Origin: Octopus sinensis
Taxonomy: Eukaryota
Assembly: GCF_006345805.1 (NCBI RefSeq)
Contig: NC_043013.1
Coordinates: 26,908,001-26,972,000 of the forward strand
Length of the DNA: 64,000 nucleotides
Direction of reading: 5' to 3'
Shown here: piece after piece, positions 48,149 through 61,379 of the stretch
Layout: every line of letters begins with the position of its first letter
How positions within the stretch are numbered: position 1 is the stretch's first letter
The notes under the pieces: generated by a model
Seen by the model: only the letters and a program-made list of their open reading frames with translations
What the model was told of the DNA's origin: nothing
The model's database searches: none
Made by a program: the position numbers and the translations under genes

Positions 48149-49365
48149 GACATAACAGAAGTAAATAAACACCTCATAAAACATCATTTTATGTTTATTC
48201 TAATTTATAAAAAGTTTATAATTTTTATTAATTGACATTTTTATGTTTCAGGTTCTGTATGTGACTGTTTAATCATGCCATGTACAAAAGAAGCCTCGGA
48301 ACTGTCTGAATTTCAAAGTGGCCGTATTGTAGATCATTCTGAAGGTGGACATAGTCAGCGTAAAATCGAAGAAAACCTTATAATCCCACGTTTTACAGTT
48401 AATAGGGTGATTTGCAATTCACCAAGAAGGTCCACATCACCTCGCCCAGATCAACCAGGGCACTCTAGCAGAACCCTTCTCTTTGTTAAGAGAATTGTGG
48501 AGGATAATCTTCATTGCAAGGACTCTGACATAGCAGAACAAGTTGATGTCAGTCCCAGAACAGCTGTCATGTATCTCCACAAACTTGGTTATGATGACAG
48601 CAGCAAGAAGGAAACCATTTCTTCAGCCAGCCAACAACAAGCAGAGAAAAGATTGGGCCAGTGAGATGATGGAGAGGCCACTAGCATTTTGGGACATGGT
48701 CATATTTTCTGATGTGTCCAGATTTGCTTTATTTTCTGACAGTTGTCGAGTGTGGGTCTGGAGACTCTGTCATCAAGAATTTGACATGAAAAGACTGCAG
48801 CCAACAATGAAACATGGCAGCTATTCTGTGGTGGTCTGGAGGGCAATTTGGAGCAATGGTTTATCAGAGGTGATGGAGTATAAGGGAAACATAAACTCAG
48901 ATAAATATGTATCCATATTGCAGAAAGGATTCCTTCCAATCTTCTCCAGTGGTGAAATGATTAAAAAAGACTTTATTTATGGAAGATGGCGCTCCTTGTC
49001 ACATGGCTAAAATTTGTTGGATGAGAATGACATTAAAAAGCTTCCATGGCCAAACCAGTCACCAGATATGAACCCTATTGAACACCTCTGAGACATAATG
49101 GACAGGACACTTCATAAAAAGAACAAGAAAGCATCTTCAAAGCTGGATCTTTTGAGATTACTGCATGAAACTTGGCCAGAAATTCTGCAAAAGAATATTC
49201 ATCGTTTAATCAGTAACATGTCTAATAGGGTCCTTGCCTTGCAAAATACAAAGGGCATATCTACAAAAAATCAGATATTCACATTATAATAATTAATAAA
49301 TAATTTGAATGTATAATTTCAGATTTAAATATAAATTTTAATGATTCACTTCTGTCATGTCTGTG
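48145..49365 (+). mobile_element. Tc1-like transposon, decayed
   Basis: TIRs cacagacataacagaagtaaataa / tgattcacttctgtcatgtctgtg followed by TA; ELSEFQSGRIV, ARRKPFL, VIFSD.SRF, FMEDGAPCH, WPNQSPDMNPIEHLW. Confidence 0.88.
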
Positions 49366-50099
49366 TATAGATATACATTATTGTATAATATATATATATA
49401 TATATATCAAGAGAGAGAGAGAGAGAGAGAAAGAAATAACTGTACAGGGTACAATTTTACTTAATTATACCCTATACAGTTATATATCTCTGTAAATGTA
49501 TTTTACTTAAAAGGTTATATGCTGACCATTGATAAAATTTTAATAATTTTATCCTCTATGTTTATATATATGTATGTTTGTATGTATATATATGTATATA
49601 TGTATGCATGTATATATATGTATGTATATATGTATGTGTATATATATATATATGTATGTATGTATGTATGCATGCATATATATATATATATACATACACA
49701 CATACATACATAAGCCTACTGATATTTGCAACACAGGTACCTGATTAGATACTGTGATTCTATGTGAATACTAGCAGAGATATCACTGTTGTTTCCAGCA
49801 TCCAGGCATCTACCAGAGACAAGGCCAAGGAAGGTAGAAATCATGTGATCTGGTAGTCCTGGTGGTTGTGATGGTGGCTGAATTATCTCCCACTAGCGAT
49901 ATAAACAAGAGTGCTTATATGCACCAAAAGTCCACATGGTAACTATTGAAGTATTCTGTATTCTAACACAACAGCCATTTTTAAGTGGTAATAAATAAAT
50001 AAATAAATATATATATATATATATATGCATGTATGTTTAAGTGTGTATATATGTACATACCTCTGCGTGTTTGTGTGTGTGCGTGTGTGTTACTGTCTC

Positions 50100-50340
50100 C
50101 TTGCCTTGGTGTCACATGACAGTTGTAAGCATGTGTCACTGTCATGCAAGCAGTTTCCTTTGTTTTTGATCCTTAGACACATTTCTGGCCATAGAGAAAT
50201 ACTTGGAAACAGGTGAAGGTTGGTGACAGGAAGAGCATCCAGCTACAGAAAAATATGCGTTGACAAACTCCACCTGACTAACACAAGCATGGAAAAGTGG
50301 ACGTTAAAGCAACAACATTGATGATGATGACAGTGATGGA
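50100..50340 (+). mobile_element. Family C repeat
   Basis: ggaaacaggtgaaggttggtgacaggaagagcatccagc...catggaaaagtggacgttaaa. Confidence 0.7.
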
Positions 50341-50899
50341 GATGTTGATGGTGGTGGTGGTAGTGGTGGCAGCGGCGGTGGCAGTGGTGATGATGATGGG
50401 AAGATCTTCTATTGATTTTAATTCTTTAACTATTTCTACCTTTAGATTGTTATCATATTTGCAATTTTTCAACACTTTAGATCTTTTTCTCCTTTTAGAT
50501 CTTTCATAAATTCTCTATGTGTTCATATTTTCATTGATGTAGTTCTGGTGTGGTGTTTGTTAATGGTCACTATTCTGTACATATACTAAGATTTGATTTT
50601 CTTGTGTTTTATTGTTCATTTTCTTTTTATCTATGTTTGTTTTTCTGTTGCCTTTATCTTCATGATTTATGTTCTCTAATGTCTATAACTTTAATGTTTG
50701 TGTTTAAAAAAATTGTTATTTTCATGCATAAAAATAACTGCATAATTTTTTTTCTCTTCTTATCTTTTTTTTTTTTTTTTTTTTGAAAAAGTTCCGTCAA
50801 AATGCATCTCAATTTATAACATAAAAATCAATGAAAAAAATAGATTTCACATTAAGGAATTCCACATTACAGAAAGTTTTTCCAGAAATTTCTATGGTT

Positions 50900-51135
50900 T
50901 GGGGGATACCTGTAATAATTCTTTCTGAACTAAACACCAGGCCTGAAATTTTGGAGGAAGGAGCTTTTCTATTACATCAGCCTCAGTGCTCAACTGGTAA
51001 TTATTTCATCAACCCCAAAGGATAAAGAACAAAGTCAACCATGGCAGAATTTGAACTCAGAATGTCAAGTCAGAAGAAATGCTGTAAAGCATTATGTCTA
51101 GCATGCTTATGATTTTGCTAGTTTGTTGCCTTGAG
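50900..51135 (-). mobile_element. SINE family B
   Basis: Reverse complement of family B core. Confidence 0.7.
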
Positions 51136-51157
51136 AGGGATACCTGTAATAATAATG

Positions 51158-51204
<47 letters not shown>

Positions 51205-51211
<7 letters not shown>

Positions 51212-52218
51212 GTGCAAACTTCTGCCAAGGCAACACCAACGTCCTCTCAACAATTACCCAGAGATGATTTTTAAAATGAGAATATCTGAAATAAACTCGG
51301 CTGCTCTCACAAATGAGAATACTAAAAATAAACCCAACTGCTCTCAAAAATTAAGGCAAAATAAAACAGAAAAATAATCCTGAATCCTTGTCTGGTACCT
51401 GATTGAGCCCAGTAGTAATCGTGGAATGTGAAAGTGGGTGTACAGGCTGTGTTTGTAATGCTGCATATGTATCTGCAGTGGGAACAGGGACAGTTTTCTC
51501 TATGAAGGCCTTTTTTAGTCCACTGATATAGTGTCTTTACAAATATTAAGGTCTATAGTGAAAAATTTATCCTTGCATAAAGAAAATGGAAAGGACCTGC
51601 ATTCAATGCTGTTAACAGAGGTTTAACAACATCATTGCACACAAAAACGTGAATCCAAGAAGTAAAGCTTCCTTCAAGGTAGAGCTAGAAATGCAATTGT
51701 CAAGTAGGTTAGAGGTTTTAAACAGGAGTGATATATTCAAAATAGGTAAAACCAAAAGTTGTCGAGGATAAATTAAATTTATTATCATTACTGAATATGT
51801 TAGTGTTATTTAATTTCTGAACAGTTTTGCTGCCGTTTGTTTATGTAGTTTGATTTCTTTATCCATCAGTTTCTACTAAGATAGAGACACAAGTAAAATC
51901 AATAATAGAGAAACAAATATAAAACATTGGAAAAAGCAATGCCACTATAGCTTACGTGGAAAACATGAACATGCATGAAAGTGAATGTAAGATTGTAATA
52001 CTTCATGTAAAGTAAATGTAACAAATAATCCAGAATACTTTTCCAGTACCATATTGATCCCAAAATCTAATCAGTTCATACCAGTCATGAGGCCAAACTT
52101 CACTAAAAGTTTCATCCAAATCCATCCAGTGGTTTTTGAGATATCTTGTCCATGGACAAACAAACAGACAAACATGACTGAAAACAATACCTCTGCCTTC
52201 ACTAATGCAGAGGTAATA
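51205..52218 (-). mobile_element. Helentron-type (HINE/DINE-1-like) element, copy with long internal filler
   Basis: 52020-52218 and 51205-51440 are reverse complements of the two ends of 55803-56397; terminal tacctctgc..gcagaggta hairpin. Confidence 0.65.
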
Positions 52219-52239
52219 ATGAAGGCAGCTTGGGTGAAG

Positions 52240-52650
52240 GGGTTAAATCAATTACATTGATCCCAGTGCATAACTGCTACTTGCTTAATCAACCCCGAAA
52301 GGATAAAAGGCAAAGTCAACCTCAATGGAATTTGAACTCAGAACATAGTGGCAGATAAAACACTGCTAAGCATTTTGCCCAGCATGCTAACAACTCTGCC
52401 AGCTTGCCGCCTTTAATAATAATGATAATAATAATTTTTCTACTACAGGTAGAAGGCCTGAAATTTTTTGGTGGGGTGTGGGGATAAGTTGATTACAGTG
52501 TTCAACTGGTACTTATTTTATTGACCCCGAAAGGATGAAAGGCAAAGTCGACCCCCAGCAGCATTTGAACTCAGAACACGAAGACAGACGAAATACCACT
52601 AAGAATTTCACCTGGCATACTAACGACTCTGCCAGCTCACCACCTTAATA
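52240..52650 (-). mobile_element. Two tandem family B SINEs
   Basis: accccgaaaggat.aaaggcaaagtc.ac...atttgaactcagaac twice. Confidence 0.8.
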
Positions 52651-53212
52651 TCTATAATAATATTGTCTTAGTGTTTATAACTTTAATGGGAATTTTTTTT
52701 ATTATTTGATTTTGTTTTTTGTATTTTCATCATCATCATCATCATCGTTTAGCGTCCGTTTTCCATGCTAGCATGGTTCACAGTATATTAATTTTTTTTT
52801 ATAAACATTCTGTATTTATGTCTTGATATCAGCTTTAAGTATTTTTCTTCTTAAATTAACTTAGTCTATCAGAAACTAAAACGACTTCCAGATCATAGTT
52901 ATTTTCTCTCCAGCTGTTATACATTCTTTTACTCTTTCACTTGTTTCACTCATCAGACTGTAGCTATTTTGTGGAATTGTCTTGGAGGGTTTTAGTCAAT
53001 TACGTCAACCTCAGCACTTATTTTTGAGTCTGATGCTTATTTTAGCAATCTCTATTTGGCAAATCACTGAAGTTTCAGGGTATAAACAAAGACATCATTT
53101 GTAAAAAATGATGCTTTTTCAATATAAAACTGACATAGAAATAGACAGACATACACACAGATAAACACACACACTCACACACATATATATACATGCACAC
53201 ACACACGCATGC

Positions 53213-53305
<93 letters not shown>

Positions 53306-53361
53306 GTATATGTATACATATATATCTATATACATATATACAAATAGACACACACACACAC

Positions 53362-53393
<32 letters not shown>

Positions 53394-53399
53394 TGTGTG

Positions 53400-53630
53400 T
53401 GTGTATGTATGTATATATATATTCTTTTATTTGTTTGTCATTTGACTGCAACCATGCTGGAACACCCCCTTTAGTCGACCAAATCAACCCCAGGATTTAT
53501 TCTTTGTAAGCCAAGTACTTATTCTGTAATATCCCTTCCGCTGAACTGCTAAGTTACAGGAATGTAAACACCAACATCGGTTGTTAAGCAATGGTATGGG
53601 GGGGGGACAAACACAGACACACAAACATCA
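53400..53630 (-). mobile_element. CORE-type SINE family A, 3' half
   Basis: Homologous to 24780-24960. Confidence 0.75.
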
Positions 53631-53642
53631 TATATATACATA

Positions 53643-54882
53643 TTGGGTTGGCAACTAAGTCCCTGCCGTTTTTTAAAATTTTAGAATTTATTGCGTTTTT
53701 AAATTTTGGAATCTATTGTTTTTCGAGAATTCTATTTTTGAATCATTTTGGAATCTATTTTGTATTTTTTCGAGTTAATTTTAGTTAATTTTTGTTTATT
53801 TTTTGGATCATTAAAATGGAATGTCAAATTAAGAAAAACAAGCATTTTTAACACCTCCTTCTTTTTGCTTTTAATCAAGGTTCTAAGGCTGCAAAAGCTA
53901 CTCACGACATTTGTGCTGTGTATGGAGAGGGTGCCATAGCTGAAAGAACCACTTGTGATTGGTATGTCAAGTTCAAAAATGGAAATTTTGACCTCAAAGA
54001 TGCACCTTGTTCTGGCTATCCAGTTGAGTTTGATGAAGAGTGATTAAACCAACTTTTGCACGAAAATTCTCATCAAATGACAAGGGAACTGGCAGAGAAA
54101 ATGGAATGCTCCCACACTGCTATAGAGAAGCATCTTCCCTCGATGGGAAAGATTCAGAAGTCTGGAGCATGGGTTCTGCACGCTTTAAGTGACAACAACA
54201 AAAATCAACAAGCCACAATCTCCGCTGATTTGCTTGCTTGTTACCGCTTGACTCATGGACACAAGCAACAATTTCTTTACCGAGTTGTTACTGGTGATGA
54301 AAAATGGTACCTGTACATCAATATGAAGCAGCGTAAGGAATGGCATAGCCCCGACAAACAAGTGACACTGCACATGAAAGAAGATCTTCTACGAATTGCT
54401 TGAATGGAACCAAACGGTCAATGCGGAACTCTATGTTCAACAGATAGAACGACATAACATGGCTATTCAGAGAAAAGACCTAATCGGCAGCATGGAGTTC
54501 TGCTGCCCGACAACACCCACCCTCACATCGCCAATATGACCATGGAAGCCATTCAAATGCATGGCTGGAAAGTGCTGCCACACCCGCCATACTCTCCTGA
54601 TTTGGCACCAATGGATTTCCACCTCTTTCGATCTCTTTCAAATGATATGCACGGAGTTTTGTTCAATACTGATGCAGAATTGAGAGCTTGGTTGGATCAA
54701 CTTTTCAAGTCAAAATCAGGTGATTTCTACCAATGAGGTATTGAAAATCTTGTTGAACGTTGGGAAGAAGTTGTAAACAACAAGGGTGAATACATCATTG
54801 ATTAATTAGTTGTTATTTTTTATTAAACCTTTTAAAAAACTTAAATTTAAAAAAAACAGCGGGAACTTAGTTGCCAACTCAA
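53643..54882 (+). mobile_element. Mariner transposon 4, full length (1240 bp), decayed; mellifera-like TIR by recall
   Basis: TA|ttgggttggcaactaag ... cttagttgccaactcaa|TA; pseudo-CDS 53816-54805 with VVTGDEKW, PHPPYSPDLAPMDFHLFRSL, GEYIID*. Confidence 0.93.
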
Positions 54883-55802
54883 TATATATATTATTTCAGT
54901 GCACATGTTTTTTTATATGGTGCCATTTTTACATTCCTGTAAATAATAATAATGGTATTTTTATATAAGCTTCAAGCTTATGGCGATCACCGTGCAATAA
55001 CTAAGGAAAATAGTCTAATAAAGGGGCATATAAACCCTCGACAGAAAAAAAGAAGGTTTTCTATCCGTGTGGAATATATATGTATATGTATGTTTGTATA
55101 AGTGATTAGTGTATAGATTCAGAGAATTATGTTGCTTTCACAGTATGCTCTTCATTATGGACTCGGTTATCAGTCCACATGGTGATCAATTACAAAATAT
55201 TGTAAGATCAGGCATTTGTGTAACTGAAAATCCTGAAAATCCGAGTAATAAAATTATTCAGCAAGGAATATATACGAACATAATGTCAGAAGGTTTGGGA
55301 GTTAAATATATACCTATTTATTTAACCAAGTGTTTTCCATAGGACTGTAGCCATTTCACTTTTGTTATATAGTATTAATATCAGTATGCAAGAAATTACA
55401 TGTATTTGTTTGTATTAGTAAGTATGCTGATCATCATACTATACAATTGCATATTCACAAATTAGTGATCTGATGAGCTAGGTTTTCTTATTTGCATTTA
55501 TAATGAATATACAGTTTGTATTGTATAATGATCAGCATGTATATTAGTGCAGCCATGCACACATAATGTACTTTGTAGTAGTGGTGATGGTGGTCTGTTG
55601 TTTCATGGTATTGATGTTGTAATTAGTTTCATTATTTCTTCTGTTGGACTGCACATTATAGTCTTGGATTGGAAACATTGTTCTTTTACTTTTCTCTTTT
55701 AAAAGTCTTTCTCTGTTGATATTATCACACATCTGGCTTTTATATCATGGACTGGATAATTGTTGCTGATCTAATTCAACAGGTTTTATGCACTACAGTG
55801 CA

Positions 55803-56397
55803 TTATTACCTCTGCCTGATTGAAGGCAGAGGTATTGTTTTCAGTCGCGTTTGTTTGTTTGTCTGTGGACAAGATATTTCAAGGACTGCTGGATGGATTC
55901 GGATGAAACTTTCAGGGATGTTTGGCCTCATGACTGATACAAACTGATTAGATTTTGGGATTGATCTGGTATCGGACAAGGATTCTGGATTATTTGTTAT
56001 ATTTACTTTACATGCTTTCAATCTTATGTTAACTTTCAAGTCTTTCTCAATTATCTCCCTTTAGGCTGTAACTATTTTTCAATAGTGAATTTCTTAACTG
56101 TGGCTTGTATTAGATAAGGATAAGCTATTTATTACTGTTACTAAATTTTCTACAGCCATCTTCACATTCCATGACTACCATTGGGATTGATCATGTTCCG
56201 GACAAGGATTCTGGGTTATTTTCCCAGTTTTTTTACTTAATTTTTTGAGAGCAGTTGGGTTCATTTTTAGTATTCTCATTTGTGAAAGCAATCAAGTTTA
56301 TTTCAGATATTCCCCTTTTAAAAATCTTCTCTGGTTTATCGTTGAGAGGATGTTGGTGTGGCATTGGCGGAGATTTACGCTCTCTGAGTGCACTTGT
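55803..56397 (+). mobile_element. Helentron-type (HINE/DINE-1-like) element
   Basis: Starts ttattacctctgcc-8nt-ggcagaggta (10-bp hairpin), (TTTG)n, ends ggcggagatttacgctctctgagtgcacttg|tt. Confidence 0.7.
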
Positions 56398-57099
56398 TAT
56401 TATTATTATTATTATTATTATTGAGTGAGAGAGCAGCGCAAGCCATCAAAGTGATACTGGGGTACAAATATACCTAGCACGATACATCTGTCATTACTAC
56501 CCATCCAATAAGGGTACACCAAGCACATGCATCATAACCATATATGTGTGAATTGATGATCTAATATCAAGATAAACAGTGCATGACCTTGCAGGTGGGG
56601 CCCAGTTAAAATTTTTCGTCAGGTCGAATAGCCCATCCCACTCAAAAGGTCCCTGAAGGTTTGTTCAAAGATTATGAACAAAACACCCATGTTTCCAGGG
56701 GTGAATTATTCAAACCCCAAAGAATTCTTCTCAACACATGGCTATGATGCTCCCCCACTACCTCTGCTCATGATCAGAGATGCACATATCATAAACCCCT
56801 AAGGGACGTGGTATTGAGCAGAATATTTGTTGTTAACCCATCTTTTATTCCAATCAGTTAAGATCAGATACCATGCGAGCCATGCCTGGTATTGCATCAC
56901 TAACACCTTTTTTTCCCATTCTTCTTCTTTGTGCTGTATACCATATATACTTCTCCTCTTTTAATGTATACCATGTATACTTTTCCTTCTTTTTTCTATC
57001 ATTCCATTATATGTAAACCCCAACACTTTATGTCTGTCTTTGTATTGTCCCACTCACCCTCACTCAGGTGGAAAATAAAAGAAATCATTATTATTATTA

Positions 57100-57314
57100 A
57101 AGGTGGTGAGCTGGCAGAGTCGTTAGCACACTGGATGAAATGCTTAACAGTATTTCACCTGTTGCTACATTCTGAGTTCAAATTCCACCAAGGTCGGCTT
57201 TGCCTTTCATCCTTTTGGGGTCAATAAATTAAGTACCAGTTGAGTACTGGGGTTAATGTAATTAACTATCCCCGCCCCCATCAAATTTCAGGCCTTGAGC
57301 TTATAGTAGAAAGG

Positions 57315-57346
<32 letters not shown>

Positions 57347-57362
57347 CATTATTATTATTATT
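57100..57362 (+). mobile_element. SINE family B with (ATT)n tail
   Basis: aaggtggtgagctggcagagtcgttagc head; tail 57315-57362. Confidence 0.88.
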
Positions 57363-58044
57363 CCTTTGTAACACATTGAAGGTAAAAATGCAATAGAGTC
57401 TTTAGTCATCTGTCAAGTCGCAACAAGGACCTCAGACAGATAATACTTTCCTTAAGATGTGCACTGTGCCCAATAAGGTTGCTTTTTGCAAGACATCAAT
57501 CTTGCATGGGATTTCCAGTCGCCTTAAGAAGTCTTGAAGTTTCAATGGGATTGAGCACAATACTCCAATCACCACTGGTACCACTTTTACATTACCCTCT
57601 CGTATTCCATACAGTCATGCCATTTCCACTTTCAATTCGGAATACTTGGTGATTTTTTCAACCTCTTTACTCAGAACATTCATGTCATTTGGTATGGCTA
57701 CATCAATGATCTGACAGTGTTTGTCTCTCTTATTCAATATGACAATATCCGGCCGTCGGTGTTCAATTACACGATCCATCTGAAAATCATAGTTCCAGAG
57801 TATCGTTACTTTTCCATCCTCCTGCATAACGTTACTTGGTACATACTCATACCAGTTCTCTGTTACTTAATATTGGTATTTACGGATTAAGAACAAATGA
57901 AGATACTTACACATTTTATCATGGCAGCGTTTGTATTCTTTTTGTGCAAGTCTCTCACATCCACTTACCAAGTTGATCACATTTTCCACACTCTTTCCAC
58001 AGAGTTTGCATTTCTGGGTGTCAGAAGTTTTATAGATGTTATAC
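57362..58044 (-). mobile_element. R4/Dong-clade LINE 3' fragment (zinc knuckle + restriction-like endonuclease) inserted in (TAA)n
   Basis: CKLCGKSVENVINLVSGCERLAQKEYKRCHD, ILW..DF..D..IEHRRPDIVI, IIDVAIP, K..KY..L, LQKATLLGTVHILRKVLS; (ATT)n on both sides. Confidence 0.88.
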
Positions 58045-58047
58045 TTT

Positions 58048-58123
<76 letters not shown>

Positions 58124-59104
58124 AGAAGAAGAAGGCATGCTTTTCTACAGTTTGTCTCTTTGATGGAGCTACAACCCTGAATCATAAAAAGACCAGGATT
58201 GGACATCTGAAATCTGGAATGTCATCAGGCAGTCATTCCCACTCACCCCTTCAACTAACCAGGCAATGTGATCTGTGGAAGTTCCACTTTAGCAATATAT
58301 GTATATCAGACTAGTGGTAGGAGAAAGTAATAATGCCCTGGATGAAACTTTGGGCAAGTCTCAGTGAGGAAACTTTGGGGCCAGAGATTACCACGGATAA
58401 CTTCCAGGAACTATGAACCTGATACTACTACCAAGGGGCACTATTGGTTCAAGATAAAGTCTACAGGTAGAAAGTGTTCCTAGGTGAGACTGTCCAAGAT
58501 GTGTGTAGAATGACAAAACCATATTGCATGCTCTCTTGCAGTATCCAAGCATTGTTGGCTGCAAAATTATTTTAAACAGCTGTTAAGTACAGCTATTGGC
58601 TGAGTCCGTTGTGAAGATTATTCCATTACTGCCCTTTAATCGGTCTGGTTAAGCGGTTGGCCTGTGTCTGGTGGTTTGGTGAAAGGGGTTGTGTGATGGA
58701 TAAGACTGAAATAATTAAGAGCATATAACATCCTTTTTTGGTCAAGCCCTCATCAACTTTATCAAGTTACACTTGAGAAAGAAAATGAAGGTGGAGAGAG
58801 AAATGCTGCCGCCCAAAAAATTTGTTGAAAGGAGAATGAGAGTGGCAAGTATGGTCTGAGTGAATGGGTCTGCTTTGTACCTGTGGATTGGAGGATAATT
58901 GAGAGAGGTCACTTGCCTTAGTGAACAGGGTGACTGTGGTTTTTGTGGGGACTGTACTGAGCAACCCTCAGAGGTCTTCCCAATTTGGGGGAAAATTTTT
59001 TTTGTTATTTCCTTTGTTTACTCTTTTTTTTTTATGAATTCCCTCATTGTGTCATCCTGTTCCACCAATGATAGTTTGTCAACCCTTTTTGGTTAATAAA
59101 GAAA

Positions 59105-59800
59105 GCATTGCTGGCAGAATTGTTAGCACGCTGATCGAAATGCTTATCGGTATTATGCCTGTCACTCCAATCTGAGTTAAAATTCCCCCAAGGTCAACTT
59201 TGCCTTTCATCCTTTCAGGGTTGATTAAATAAGTACTAGTTATACACTGGGGTCAATAAAATCAACTTAATCCCTTCCCAAAAAATTTGAGGCCTTTCCA
59301 GTAGAAAGGATTGTTGTTGTTGTTATTTATCATCATCATCAGTATTATCATTAAGATAGCAAACTGGCAAAATCGTCAGCATGTTGAACAAAATGCTTAA
59401 TGGCATTCTTTGGCTCTTCATGATCTTAGTTCAAACCCCACTGAAGTCAACTTTGTCTTTCATCCTTATGGGATCGATAACATAAAGTACCCATCAAGTA
59501 CTGGGAATAATGAAATTGACTGTCACACTCTCCTAGAACAAAATAAAATTACTAGTTTTTTGGCCACAATTTAAAACCATTATTATTAGTAGTAGAAGTA
59601 GTATTAAGGCAGCAAACTGTCATAATCATTGACAAAATCCGTAGCCACATTTCATGTCTTCAAGTTCTGAGTTCAAATTCCACTGAGGTTGACTTTGCCT
59701 TTCATCCTTTCGAGGATTGATAAACTAAGTACCAGTGAAACACTGGGATCCCCTCTCACAAAATTTCAGGCCTTGTACCTTTAGTAGAAAGGATTATTAT
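59105..59800 (+). mobile_element. Three tandem family B SINEs
   Basis: Cores at ~59180, ~59440, ~59670. Confidence 0.8.
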
Positions 59801-60616
59801 CATTACTATTTTTCTTATTATTACATGAAGAATTTATCTTCTTTACATCACATAGAATCATGTACATCTTGGAAAACATGTTTTTAAAATATTCAAGGTT
59901 AACTAATGTGTTGTCAGAATGCTATAACAGCAGCATTTATAGAATCCAGAATTGCTATTTTCCGGAACTTACATACATTTTGTCACTATCTTTACGGAAA
60001 TAATTGCATAACTTTCTAATTGTAACCAATTACAAATGGCATGGTGGAATATTTCTCCATTGCCATTTCATCTTTTTTTCAACAGTGAAGTCTGTAAAAT
60101 TCCTTAGCCAACTTGCTTCTGTATGACATTACAATCATTTGTATTGTTATGTCAATTAGTAAAACATCATTGTGATTTTTGTCATGTTGGATTATTGTAT
60201 ACTCCATGGTGGACGGTGTGCATGCTACATTTCCATACAACTTTTGCACAGTAATTCTCTAAGACAGACAGCTGAAAAAAATTTTTTTAAGAAGCTTAAA
60301 CTGACAAAACCAATATGTATGCATATGTGTGTGTATATATATATGTATGTATGTGTATATATATATGTGTGTGTATGTATAGATATAAATGTGTGTATAT
60401 AAATATATTTTATATATATGTGTGTGTGTAGAGAGAGAGAAAAAGAGACAGACAGTCAGATGTAGACAGATGAAGAGAGAGAGAGAGAGAGTGCTGTTTC
60501 TCCACATTTTATTTCCTAGTATATTTGTGAGAATAACTGTAGACATTCTGACGTATTGCTTCAGGAAATAGCTTGCTAAAGTGACATTTGCCATCTATTT
60601 TATAGAAACTATAAAC

Positions 60617-60775
60617 GTGGCTGTGTGGTTAAGAAGCTCACTTTGCAACCATGTGGTTTCAGGTTCAGTCCACTGCACGGCACCCTGGCAAGTGTCTTCA
60701 ACTACAGTCCCAACATAACCAATGCCTTGTGAGTAAATTTGCTAGGCAGAAACTGTGTAGAAGCCCCTCATATAT
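60617..60775 (+). mobile_element. CORE-type SINE family A, 5' half
   Basis: cgtggctgtgtggttaagaag...ggttcagtccactgcacggcaccctggcaagtgtctt. Confidence 0.8.
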
Positions 60776-61379
60776 ATCGAAAGGATGTGTTATAATACTG
60801 TTCCACATACAAAAACAGCCATTCCAACATACCTCCATCATCAGCTGCCCCACAGATATCATTATGCTTTTGACACCTGGGCAGTACCATTCACTCTGGT
60901 GGTGTCAACAGCACTAAAATAAGTGTTGCTTGGGAACAAACATACTAAAGAAACCACAACTTTCAAACACATTTACCCTACGTACAACTGTAAATAAATT
61001 CAATAAGTAAATTAACTACCAACTCCTAAATACGTAACTAAACAGCGACCAATCCTTTAAGTCATGCAAAAATTATATTCCCTACCAACTTCCATAGCAT
61101 AATATAAAAGTGAAAGCTTAATAACTACATTCGTACATATATCTATGTATGTGTGTTTTTGTATTTGTCTCCATCACCACTTAACAAATGGTGTTGTTTT
61201 GTTCACACTCTCATTACTTAACAGCTTGACAAAAGAGACCACAACAATAAGTACCAAACTTAAAAGATAAGTGCTGAGATTGATTTGTTTAACTAAACCC
61301 TTCTCGTCAATGCTCCAGCTTGGTTGCAATCAAATGAGTGAAACAACTGAAAGATATAAGATAAAAGAGTTCTCTTAAC

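Noticed and set aside
49735-49900. Open minus-strand frame (WEIIQPP...SQYLI) as an exon
   Set aside because: Weak donor; TFLG..VS...DIS..I pattern fits a decayed RTE RT fragment equally well
54960-55075. Hairpin ataagc-ttcaa-gcttat in a (TA)n-adjacent repeat as another ribozyme
   Set aside because: No GAAA or intact core in this copy
55469-55500. Isolated CTGATGA matches (also about 36395, 44355 and minus 52952)
   Set aside because: No correctly placed stem II plus GAAA and stem I
58130-58750. Possible second RLE-LINE 3' end
   Set aside because: Only a weak ILQESMQYG resemblance; not enough to support a call
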